Below are positions 47,269-56,162 of a DNA stretch of 64,000 nt, one piece after another. The stretch is from Singulisphaera sp. GP187 (GTDB lineage Bacteria > Planctomycetota > Phycisphaerae > Phycisphaerales > SM1A02), in contig CAMBOV010000013.1 of the NCBI GenBank assembly GCA_945869475.1, positions 3,662-67,661 on the forward strand. The letters are read 5' to 3'. The position numbers and the translations under genes are program-made. The notes under the pieces are model-generated. The model had not been told where the DNA came from. It saw only the letters and a program-made list of their open reading frames with translations, and ran no database searches. Numbering within the stretch: the stretch's first letter is position 1; each line of letters opens with the position of its first letter.

Positions 47269-49464
47269 TCAGGCCGCTCCAGCTGCTGGCGTCGGAGTAG
47301 ATGACTGCGCGCCGTAGCTCGCCATGATTCGAGCGTTCTGTCGGTAGTACCCACCTGCCGTCTGCTGCGGACGATTCAGAATTGCGCCGACAAATTGCGC
47401 GCGCTGTGAATTCAGTTGACCGAGCAGTCGCGAGACGAGTCCGCGTTGATCGCTCATCGCACGCACGACCAGCACCGACGCGTCGACACGATTGGCAACA
47501 ACAATCGACTCCGCCGCGATTGCCGCTGGCGCTGTGTCGACGAGAATGAGGTCGTACTGCTCACGCGCACGATTGAGAACTTCGGTTGCCTTCAGTGTGT
47601 CGAGCAATTCGAGTGTTCGAGTCGTGCCAGCGGGCATGACGTCAATTCCTCGACCTGCCGACTGAATCACACTTGCGAAGTCAGCGGCGCCAGCGAGCAG
47701 GTCGCCGAATCCCTGCGAGGCTTCGGAGAGTCCAAAGGCATGGGCGACTGCGGGCTTTCTGAAATTCGCATCGATGATGAGCACTCGCTTCCCGACGACT
47801 GCAGCGCTCAAGGCGAGATTGCCAATGAGCGCGGTCACACCCGCCTCTGGCATCGCCGAGAAAAGTCCAACAACCTTCGCGTCCTGTTCAGCGATCGCCT
47901 TCGACAGATTCGTCGAGATTTGCCGGAGCGACTCTGCCATCGCCGATTGGGGCGCATCGCGAACGACGAACTCAATCTTTTCTGGTTTCGATTCATCGTC
48001 GGCGAGGTCTGGAATCACTCCAAGCATTCTGCCGTTGACGAGAGAAGCCAACTCGGGCGCGAATCGAACGCGCTGGTCGAGAAACTCACGCAAGAAGATG
48101 ACTCCAACGCCCAGTGCGATCACCGCAAACCAAACTCCTGGAAGAACGACCTTCCAGTTTGGAAACGCGAGCTCGCGCGGCGTCAGTGCCTTCTGTGAGA
48201 GTTCGACGGGGATCGCATCCTTTCGCACACTCGCGAGGCGCAGGTCACCGATGGTCTTGCTGATCTCGTTTCGCTCCGCTTCAAGCTGCAATTGCTGATC
48301 CTTCATTGCTTCAAGATCTGACACGCGCGCGGCAAGCTGCTGAACGCGCAACGACTCTGCGGCGTGGTCCTTTGTTTGCTGCGTCAACAGTTCTTCGAGA
48401 CCCGCGTTCCGGTCGCTCACTCGCTTGAACTGCGCATTGAGATCGCGCTTCACGATGTCGGTGAGCACTTTTTCTTTCTGGGCAAGCCCAGAGGAGAGCA
48501 AGGTCATGCTGGCGCGAAGTTCAGCGTGTTCTGGTCCAAAGCGCTGTTTCTTGCTCTCGAGCGCCACCGTCATGTCGTTGATGTCTCTTCCAAGCTGAAG
48601 CAGCACTGGATCGCCCTCGGCAACCCGCACATCATCCTCAGACGCTTCGAGTCGTCCTTGCAATTTGGCATCGAGTTGATTGCGAGTCGACTTTGCGAGA
48701 CTGAGATCCATGGTCGTCTCGGCGATGCGGCGGGCGAGTTCTTCGACTCCGCGCTGAGTCTGCATCGAGTCCTCTTCAAAGGATGGGATGTTCTGTTCGA
48801 TGATGAACCGACGCACGGCTGACTTGGTTTCACTGATGCGCTTGTCGAGATCTTCTTGCTGACGGACGAAGACCTCCTCGGTCGCGTTGAATTTTCGTTC
48901 ACTCTCTGATCGAAGTTCTTTGAGATAGGTCTCAACGATCGTGTTCAACACGGTTGGCACGTCGCTCGCGACGTGGGCAGACCAGTAGAGCGCGAAGAAT
49001 TGCGTTCCACGGCGATGTCCTGCTGAGATGTGATCTTCAAGATCATCGACCGCCTCGTCAATGATGAACTGGTCGTCGTCGTCAAGAAAAGACTCGTGCC
49101 ACTTCGTCGTCAGGATGTCGCGGTGCGTCATCGCCCGAACAAGAATGTCGCGCGAGATCATCTGTTGCGCCTCGGTCTGTGCGAGCCGCGCGACCGTCTC
49201 TTCTTGAGGGGTCGTCTCTCCGAAGATCTCCTTCGCGTCGCCAAGTTGTGGCCGCAAGCGCAAGACAACCTGTCCGCTGAAGATCGGATAGACAAAGGTC
49301 GCGCCGACTTGAAAGGCGCCCGAGACGAAGATTCCGGCGACGGCCCAGATCGCGATGGTCTTCCAATTCTGGCGAAGGACGCGCACCGGATCGATCGTCG
49401 CAGCGCGACTCTGCGGTCGATTGGGTGATTGTCTGGCGGCTACAGGTGGAGTGTTTGGTGGCAT
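47269..49464 (-). CDS. polysaccharide co-polymerase (Wzz/GumC domain) fused to BY-kinase-like P-loop domain with degenerate Walker A
   Basis: Two TM segments flank a long coiled-coil periplasmic region. C-terminal 'FSAMPEAGVTALIGNLA...VLIIDANFRKP...LILVDTAP'. The Walker A reads PEAGVT, with no Lys. Tyr-poor tail 'GGYYRQNARIMASYG'. Confidence 0.8.
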   Translation of the reverse strand: MPPNTPPVAARQSPNRPQSRAATIDPVRVLRQNWKTIAIWAVAGIFVSGAFQVGATFVYPIFSGQVVLRLRPQLGDAKEIFGETTPQEETVARLAQTEAQQMISRDILVRAMTHRDILTTKWHESFLDDDDQFIIDEAVDDLEDHISAGHRRGTQFFALYWSAHVASDVPTVLNTIVETYLKELRSESERKFNATEEVFVRQQEDLDKRISETKSAVRRFIIEQNIPSFEEDSMQTQRGVEELARRIAETTMDLSLAKSTRNQLDAKLQGRLEASEDDVRVAEGDPVLLQLGRDINDMTVALESKKQRFGPEHAELRASMTLLSSGLAQKEKVLTDIVKRDLNAQFKRVSDRNAGLEELLTQQTKDHAAESLRVQQLAARVSDLEAMKDQQLQLEAERNEISKTIGDLRLASVRKDAIPVELSQKALTPRELAFPNWKVVLPGVWFAVIALGVGVIFLREFLDQRVRFAPELASLVNGRMLGVIPDLADDESKPEKIEFVVRDAPQSAMAESLRQISTNLSKAIAEQDAKVVGLFSAMPEAGVTALIGNLALSAAVVGKRVLIIDANFRKPAVAHAFGLSEASQGFGDLLAGAADFASVIQSAGRGIDVMPAGTTRTLELLDTLKATEVLNRAREQYDLILVDTAPAAIAAESIVVANRVDASVLVVRAMSDQRGLVSRLLGQLNSQRAQFVGAILNRPQQTAGGYYRQNARIMASYGAQSSTPTPAAGAA

Positions 49465-49484
49465 GGGTGGTCCTTCAACTCTCT

Positions 49485-52400
49485 TCAGCGTGGTGTGGCG
49501 GCAAGTAGTTTCTCAACACCAGCGATCTCTGCCGCCGCTTCGGTATCTGCAGGGAACGCCTTCGCACGTTTCAATGCGACGACGGCTTCGGCTGGACGAC
49601 CAGCGCCGAGTTGCGCCGCGGCGAGGTGGGCGAAGGTCATTGCGCTCGGTTGAATTCGGCCCGCACGACGCAAGAGCGTGATCGCCTCTGGAAACTCTCC
49701 GAGCTTGGTGAGCGAGTAGCCCAGGGTGTCCATCAGATCTGCGCTCGCGGGATAGTCGACGAGTGCCTTTCGGGCCCGTGCAGCGCCTTGCGCCGCCTTG
49801 TTCAGATCTCGCGCTTCGATGTAGGCGAGATTGTTGAGTGAGGCCATGTCTGTCGGCACCAGCGCGACTGATCTCTCGAACGCGTTGGCGGCACCGGCGA
49901 AATTGCCCAATCGGTACTCGAGACCGCCCAGAATGCGCAGCGCGTTGAACTTGTCTGCATCATCCTGTCCAAGAGCGAGAGCGCGATCGGCGTACTCGCG
50001 ACCCTTGGCGAAACCAGTCGGACCAGACTCGAGGTATCGCTGAGCGAGTGCGCGACAGAGTGCACTATCGGGCTTGTTCGAACTCGCTTCGAGGACAAAC
50101 TTTTCGAGATCGGCTGTCTTGTCAAATGGGAAGAGTGTTGACACACTCAAGAACCACGGGTCGGTCAGTTCGCCTTTGGATGTTTCGACCAACTTGTACA
50201 TGTCGCGTAGCTGCACCATCCCCTGCGTCCTTTGTCGATCACTGTCGGCGTACCCTGCAATCGCGGCCGCGCCGACCATCTGCAGAATTGGGATGGTCGC
50301 GGTGCTGTCGACTGAGGTGCGTAACGCAGCAAGAATGCCATTGAAATCTGGAGGAACACTTGTCGCTCTCAGCACGACCGACTTGATCAGCACGTTCTGA
50401 TCTTTCGTGATCGCGTAGAGCGCTTCGTAGTCTGCAGCAGCGTCGAGCGTCAGCCCTGACGCCAAGTGCGCCTCTGCGAGTGCGCTCCACCACGTCGGGT
50501 TCTTTGGTTCGGCCGCGATCGCCTCCTTCGCTGCCCCAACTGCACCTGTGTAGTCGCCTGCTGCCAAGAGGTAGCCAATGAGCGTCGTTCGCGCCTCTGG
50601 AAAACGCGGGTTCTGCGCGGCATACTGGCGCACCGTTTGGGTCGCCGCGCTGATGTCGCCCTCGTCCGACTGAAGTGAAGCGAGTAGACGTGTCGATGGC
50701 CAGTAGTTGGCCTGAAGTTCGATTGCTCGAAGTGTATCTGCCTTCGCTTGCTTCAAGAGTTCGGGATCGCCCGTACGTTGAGCTCGACGCTGCAGCGATC
50801 CAGCGCGTACAAGGAATGGAAGTCCACTCGATGGGTCGAGCCGCATCGCTTGCTCGACCGCCTGCGACAACTCGGCGACCTTTTTCGCCGCTTGCTCAAG
50901 TGTGATCGACGAGAACGTTTCTTCGAGTTCAGCGTTGGCGAGATCAGCTGCCAGCAATCGGTCGCTAAAGGCCTCGCCGTCCGTGGAGAGCTTGGTGATC
51001 TGTGCAACCGCCTCTCGCGCTCTGTCGAAGTCGCGCACTTCGGTGTGCAATGCGGCGAGCTGACGAGCGGTCTCGATTGTTTGCTTCTTTGCGAACTCTG
51101 CGTTCAACACGAGGATGGCCTTCTTGGGTTGCTGCCGCTCAGACCATCGGCGTGCGACTTGAAATGCTGCTTCGGATGAATCGCCCGCTGCGAGTTCGAT
51201 CGCTCGGTCAAAGCTCTTGACTGCGTCGTCAGGTCGACGCGCTTCCAACTGAAGTTCGCCGACGTCAATCCACGTCGTCCACGCCATCGGGCCCGTCGCG
51301 TTCTGTGCGACTCTTGTCAGGGCGGCGATCGCTTCTGCACCGCGCCCAGCTCGCTGCATTGCGGCGCCGTACATTCGGTTCGTCGCGTGGTCTGTTTGGT
51401 TGATCTTCATCAATCGCTCATAGACCGTCGCTGCCTCTGCCATCTGTGTCCTCGCGAGCAGGTCAAGTTGTTGTGCTTGGCGCTCCGGACCCATTGCCTC
51501 CCACTCTTTGGCTTGGAACCGATAGCTTCCGTCGTTGTTGAAGATCAGGTCGCGGCTCGGTGGAGTCTCGACCAACAGCACCAACAACTGCCGGGCATTC
51601 TCGACTTCTGCGGGACGGATCGCGTACATGCGTCTGCGTTCGAGCAGTGCGTCTGCTCGGCTTCCGAATTGACTCTCGAGTTGAAGATAGGCACTCCGCA
51701 CGGCTGACGACTGCGGGTTCGCAAGCATCGCCGACCGAAGCACTTCACGAGCGCGCTCCATCTTTGAATTGCGCACGAGCAGTGCTGAGTACAACTGGAT
51801 GGTGGTGAGGTCGTTGGGTCGTCGGCCGTATGACTTCGCGTAGGCCTCTTCGGCCCCTGCGACGTCGCCAGCGCGCTCGCGCGCGAAGCCGAGCAGTCGA
51901 TACCCCGTCGCGTTGGCGCTGGGCAACTCTTGTGCCTGCTCGAAAAACTCAACGGCTTTCTTGAAGTCCTTCTTTTCGGCGGCGATGCGACCGCGCATCA
52001 AGAGCGCGATGGTCGGGTCTTTGCTGTGCTTCTCTGCGAGCGCAATGAGCTGGTTGAGCTGCGCGTCATCGCCGGCCATCAACGCGTCACCTGAGAGTCG
52101 ATCGAGGAGCGAGGCGTCACCAGGCGCAACTTCGAGCGCCTTCGCTGTCGCGACCTTCGCCGCCTCTGTCGCCTCGGCGATATCAGCGGTGATTCCTGCC
52201 GCGTCTGCGGGCGGACTGACCGCGAGGCGCTTCTTCAAATTTTCACGAAGATTGAGAAGTGCGAGAGCCAAGTCGACTGACTTCTCGGTGGGCGAACGCT
52301 CTGAGAGATCGACAAACGCCGTCACGCGACCGACGACTGTTCCGGAACCCGAGATGACTTGGAGGCGCTTGAGTGCAGCATCGGTCGGAGACTCGACAAG

Positions 52401-54308
52401 AAACTCGCCCACCAACTTGCTCGCCGATGCTGAATCACCCTTGAAAAGCATCCACTGAACGAGCGTTCGTTGCAATCGAATGTCCTTGGGCCACTCCTCG
52501 CGCGCCGAAAGAATCATTGAGATCGCGTCTTCGATGTTTCCCTCGGTCGCGGTGAGTTCTGCGTCTCCAAGAATCTTCAAGACTGGATCGTTCAGGTTGA
52601 CCGCTCCGTCGCCGACGACCTGGTCGAGCATCGCCATGAGCTCGAGAGCGTCGGCGTTGGTTGGAGCCTGCTCGAGCAAGGCTGCGACCGTGCGCTTCGC
52701 GTCTGCGACGCGACCGAGTTGCCCTTGGATGCGCGCCCGAACCAAAAGGAATTGGCCGATCGTTGGATGCTCTGCGAGCGCTCGGTCGATCTTGAGGAGC
52801 GCTGCTCCTGGCTCACCGCGCTCGAGCAAACTGATCGCCGCAATCAGGAAATACTCGGGCGCAATCGACTTCTGTCGAATGAAGAGCTCTTCAAGCTTCG
52901 TGACCGCCGTCAGGTAGTCCCGCTGCGCAAATGCCAGGCGTGCATCGGCGCGAATCACCGCCACTTCTCCGTCCCGACCTTGGATGATCTTGACAATGCG
53001 CTCACGATCAACCTGCACGCGCGTCAATGCGGCGCTCTTCGCTTCTGGGGTCGCGGCGCTCTCCCACTGCGCGAAGTCGATGTCGAAGATCTGTTCGACT
53101 GCCGAGACCTTGATCTCGTCTGAAAACGCGGCGAGCATCGATACTTTGGGCTGAGGCACCGCAAGCAACAGTTCGAACGATGCGCGAGCCGCTTCATACT
53201 CGCCTAGCCGGCGTTGCGCGCGGCCGAGCGATCCGATGACCAACATGGCCGATGGATTTTTGGCAATGTAGGCCTGCAAGATCGCAATCGCACGCCCCGT
53301 CATGGCGTCATCTTCAATCGATCCAACGGCACCCACGAACTCTTGGAGCGTTGCGCTTGACAGGTCTCGGGCGAGTCCAAACTCTTGCGAGTTTCGGTCG
53401 CCGCCCTTCCACAACAGTGGATCTGCGATCGCAGCGATTGCCGCAGGTGTTGCCACCGGATTGCGAAGGCGTCGTTGACTGACGAGGTGCTCAAGTTCGG
53501 CGAGGCTGACCAGAATGTTGTTGGGGATCGCAGCGTTCGCCTGCACGAGCAATTTTGCGTGCTCAGTGCTGCGAGTTGCTGCCTCGGCTGCTCGGCTCGC
53601 TGCCGCGAGTCGATCCGCGTCCTGTGAAACGGATCGCAGGTACTCCGACCACACCGTTGCGTCGGCTGGAAAATCTTTGAGATAGGCTCGCGCAGCCTCT
53701 TCGCCCGCCGTTCGCTCGGCTGCAGTTAGAACTCCGCCCTGCTTGAGCACTGCGAGCACGCCGAAGGCGCGAATCGCTGGAAGCTGCGGAGATGTTGCGG
53801 GAATTCTCTCGATCGCCTCGGTCGAGACTTTCGAAACTTCGACCCACAAGTCTGCCTGCTGAAACAACTCGGCGCGTTCGGCGAGCGTGACGAGCACGCC
53901 CATCCACTGCTCGCCATCAAGTGGCGCAGAGCGCGTTCGGCGCCGCAAGAAACTCTCACGCCGTTGATAGAGCTCTTGTGCATCGCCTGAAGTCTTGGGG
54001 GTGATCAGTGCGAGCGTGTCGAGAACCTTCTGGTTGTAGGCGAGGTTATTGGGCTTCTTGTTGACGGCACGGCCGTATCGACTGATCGCCTCTTGAAACT
54101 TCTTGTAGGCCTCGTCACCATCGCCAGCTGCTTCTGCGGCCTTCGCTGCGACGATGCATTCGTCTCCAATGCGAATGTTTCGTTCGGGAGCACCAGAGAT
54201 CTGGTAGTAGGCGATGCCGCCGAGAACAACCGCCACGAAAAGCGTAAATCCACCAACGAGCGTGAGAAACTTGCGATTCAACTTTGTTTTCTTGACGGGG
54301 GTTGCCAT
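49485..54308 (-). CDS. membrane-anchored giant TPR-repeat protein (PrsT-position protein of exosortase loci)
   Basis: 1607 aa. N-terminal TM 'FLTLVGGFTLFVAVVLGGIAYY'. The rest is Ala/Leu-rich TPR-like repeats. The start lies 3 nt after the EpsI stop. Confidence 0.75.
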   Translation of the reverse strand: MATPVKKTKLNRKFLTLVGGFTLFVAVVLGGIAYYQISGAPERNIRIGDECIVAAKAAEAAGDGDEAYKKFQEAISRYGRAVNKKPNNLAYNQKVLDTLALITPKTSGDAQELYQRRESFLRRRTRSAPLDGEQWMGVLVTLAERAELFQQADLWVEVSKVSTEAIERIPATSPQLPAIRAFGVLAVLKQGGVLTAAERTAGEEAARAYLKDFPADATVWSEYLRSVSQDADRLAAASRAAEAATRSTEHAKLLVQANAAIPNNILVSLAELEHLVSQRRLRNPVATPAAIAAIADPLLWKGGDRNSQEFGLARDLSSATLQEFVGAVGSIEDDAMTGRAIAILQAYIAKNPSAMLVIGSLGRAQRRLGEYEAARASFELLLAVPQPKVSMLAAFSDEIKVSAVEQIFDIDFAQWESAATPEAKSAALTRVQVDRERIVKIIQGRDGEVAVIRADARLAFAQRDYLTAVTKLEELFIRQKSIAPEYFLIAAISLLERGEPGAALLKIDRALAEHPTIGQFLLVRARIQGQLGRVADAKRTVAALLEQAPTNADALELMAMLDQVVGDGAVNLNDPVLKILGDAELTATEGNIEDAISMILSAREEWPKDIRLQRTLVQWMLFKGDSASASKLVGEFLVESPTDAALKRLQVISGSGTVVGRVTAFVDLSERSPTEKSVDLALALLNLRENLKKRLAVSPPADAAGITADIAEATEAAKVATAKALEVAPGDASLLDRLSGDALMAGDDAQLNQLIALAEKHSKDPTIALLMRGRIAAEKKDFKKAVEFFEQAQELPSANATGYRLLGFARERAGDVAGAEEAYAKSYGRRPNDLTTIQLYSALLVRNSKMERAREVLRSAMLANPQSSAVRSAYLQLESQFGSRADALLERRRMYAIRPAEVENARQLLVLLVETPPSRDLIFNNDGSYRFQAKEWEAMGPERQAQQLDLLARTQMAEAATVYERLMKINQTDHATNRMYGAAMQRAGRGAEAIAALTRVAQNATGPMAWTTWIDVGELQLEARRPDDAVKSFDRAIELAAGDSSEAAFQVARRWSERQQPKKAILVLNAEFAKKQTIETARQLAALHTEVRDFDRAREAVAQITKLSTDGEAFSDRLLAADLANAELEETFSSITLEQAAKKVAELSQAVEQAMRLDPSSGLPFLVRAGSLQRRAQRTGDPELLKQAKADTLRAIELQANYWPSTRLLASLQSDEGDISAATQTVRQYAAQNPRFPEARTTLIGYLLAAGDYTGAVGAAKEAIAAEPKNPTWWSALAEAHLASGLTLDAAADYEALYAITKDQNVLIKSVVLRATSVPPDFNGILAALRTSVDSTATIPILQMVGAAAIAGYADSDRQRTQGMVQLRDMYKLVETSKGELTDPWFLSVSTLFPFDKTADLEKFVLEASSNKPDSALCRALAQRYLESGPTGFAKGREYADRALALGQDDADKFNALRILGGLEYRLGNFAGAANAFERSVALVPTDMASLNNLAYIEARDLNKAAQGAARARKALVDYPASADLMDTLGYSLTKLGEFPEAITLLRRAGRIQPSAMTFAHLAAAQLGAGRPAEAVVALKRAKAFPADTEAAAEIAGVEKLLAATPR

Positions 54309-54311
54309 GGC

Positions 54312-55154
54312 TTAGGTGTCCTTCGTTGGTGCGGATTCGATCGTCGACCAATCTGGAAGTCGACGCATGAGAGGCGGAAGCAATTCAGTAAGTAACTCGG
54401 ATGCAAACTCGGTCCAGAGTTCGAGTGCTCTGTCACCACTTGGCAGGACCGCGCTGAACTGAACCTTACAGTAATAGGCGGATCGACTCGAGAGGTCGAA
54501 CGCGTACGTCCGAACGACATACGGTGATGGGGTCATTCGCCCGTTTGCGATGAAGAGGTACCCGCCAACGAGTCGCGTCGTGGGAGTCTTCTCATCCTGA
54601 AAGACCGTGACCGACATCGTGGTCTCTCCAACGGGCAACAGCACTTTTTCTTCGACGCGCGTCACTGAATCGGTCACTCGTGCGACCGGGTAGGACTCGC
54701 CCGTGGCTTGATTCTTTGCCCCCGACGTCAAACCCCACTGCGAACGATCGACCGGAATAATCACGTTCTGTGGTTGGCTCACCATCGCGAGGCCCGCGGC
54801 CCCCCAACAGCGTTCTGGAACGTGCGGCACTGCATCGACCATCCCGGTGTAGTAGGCAATGTGCACGAGGACGACTCCCTTTGAAGGGTCGCCGTTGAGT
54901 GCGTATTGACGATCGAGATAGAGCTTGGTGCCGAGGCTCTCGGTCATCGCTTCGCCTAAACGCGAATCGACTCCAATACGCTTCCACCGTCCGAGCTTTG
55001 TCGGAATTGTGTCGAGTGCTTCACGAAGGGCGACGGGCTCTTTGCGCAGGTAGAGATTCAGACGAGAGACACCCGCTCGAAATCCGACGGCCGAGAGCAG
55101 CAAGAGTGCAACGAGCGCGATGAACGCGACGCGGATGGTTGGATTAAACCGCAT
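54312..55154 (-). CDS. exosortase-associated EpsI-family protein
   Basis: ATG 55154 gives 'MRFNPTIRVAFIALVALLLLSAV' (TM). 'LGRWKRIG', 'VLVHIAYY' and 'VPHVPERCW' are EpsI-like. 11-nt overlap with the exosortase gene. Confidence 0.7.
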   Translation of the reverse strand: MRFNPTIRVAFIALVALLLLSAVGFRAGVSRLNLYLRKEPVALREALDTIPTKLGRWKRIGVDSRLGEAMTESLGTKLYLDRQYALNGDPSKGVVLVHIAYYTGMVDAVPHVPERCWGAAGLAMVSQPQNVIIPVDRSQWGLTSGAKNQATGESYPVARVTDSVTRVEEKVLLPVGETTMSVTVFQDEKTPTTRLVGGYLFIANGRMTPSPYVVRTYAFDLSSRSAYYCKVQFSAVLPSGDRALELWTEFASELLTELLPPLMRRLPDWSTIESAPTKDT

Positions 55155-56082
55155 TGGACGCTTCGCTCGTCTGCACGGTGAGATTGCGAATCGCCCAAAG
55201 CGTTCCCATATAGAGGAAGAGCGCGGGCAACATCCAGACGACGCCAACGAGTTCATGAAACTCGCCATCGACGAAATTTTGATCGAATTGGGTGAGGATT
55301 CCAAGCGATGCGACGCGGACGATGTTCACCGCGATAGCGATGGGAACACCCAGCGCCACGAGCACGATTCGCTGCCAGGCGCTGGTGAGATTTGTGTAGG
55401 CAAGAAAGACTCCGAGCGCCAGAAATGCGACGAGCATGCGCATTCCTGAGCAGGCTTCAGCAACATTGAGCGGATAGGCGATGCCATCGGACCAAATGGT
55501 GAGTGTGTTGCCGCTTCGCTCGACTTCGCTGCCGATGACGACAAGCAGGAATTGTGCGCCGACTGCCGCGATGTCTTGCAGTTGAAAGGTAACCTTGTTG
55601 AGGAGCACCTCCGAAACCGTCTGGCCGAAAACGCAGGTAAATGCGAGCGGAAACCAGAGCCAGCGCATCGCTGCACTGCCGAAGAGAAGCCACGCCGTAC
55701 CGAAGAGACCGAGGGTCGGTCCCAGTGACATGATGTTGTGGTGATAGAGAGGCTTTGGTCCAAAGACGCAGAGCATGTACCACGCCACACCAGCACCGAC
55801 GGGAAGCAGACCCCACCAGCACTGTCGGAAGGGTTGCAGCGCGCTCAATTCACCACGGCGCATCCAGATGAAGTAGCCAGTGACGATTGGGATGATGAGC
55901 GTGTGCCCCCAGTCACTCGGCTGCGACCAAGCGAAGAGCACCTGCTGCTCAAGGAAATCAGAGAAGACGAAACCGAAGAGCACGAGCAAGGTGATCGCTG
56001 CGCCGATCGCAACGCCGTTCGATGCGACGAACGCGCTCGAGTCAGCGGGTCTTGATGATGCAGTTGGAAGGACAGTGGTCAA
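55144..56082 (-). CDS. exosortase (EpsH/Xrt family transpeptidase)
   Basis: About 8 TM segments. Catalytic-type motifs 'NVAEACSGMRML' (Cys), 'AIAVNIVRV' (Arg) and 'GEFHELVG' (His). The subfamily was not assignable by eye. Confidence 0.85.
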   Translation of the reverse strand: MTTVLPTASSRPADSSAFVASNGVAIGAAITLLVLFGFVFSDFLEQQVLFAWSQPSDWGHTLIIPIVTGYFIWMRRGELSALQPFRQCWWGLLPVGAGVAWYMLCVFGPKPLYHHNIMSLGPTLGLFGTAWLLFGSAAMRWLWFPLAFTCVFGQTVSEVLLNKVTFQLQDIAAVGAQFLLVVIGSEVERSGNTLTIWSDGIAYPLNVAEACSGMRMLVAFLALGVFLAYTNLTSAWQRIVLVALGVPIAIAVNIVRVASLGILTQFDQNFVDGEFHELVGVVWMLPALFLYMGTLWAIRNLTVQTSEASNAV

Positions 56083-56162
56083 AGGATCGCGCTATTGTGA
56101 CAAACGTTCCAAGTCTTCAGACTGTTCGGCGTTTTCGCCCCGCGCCATGAAGCGGACCACGA

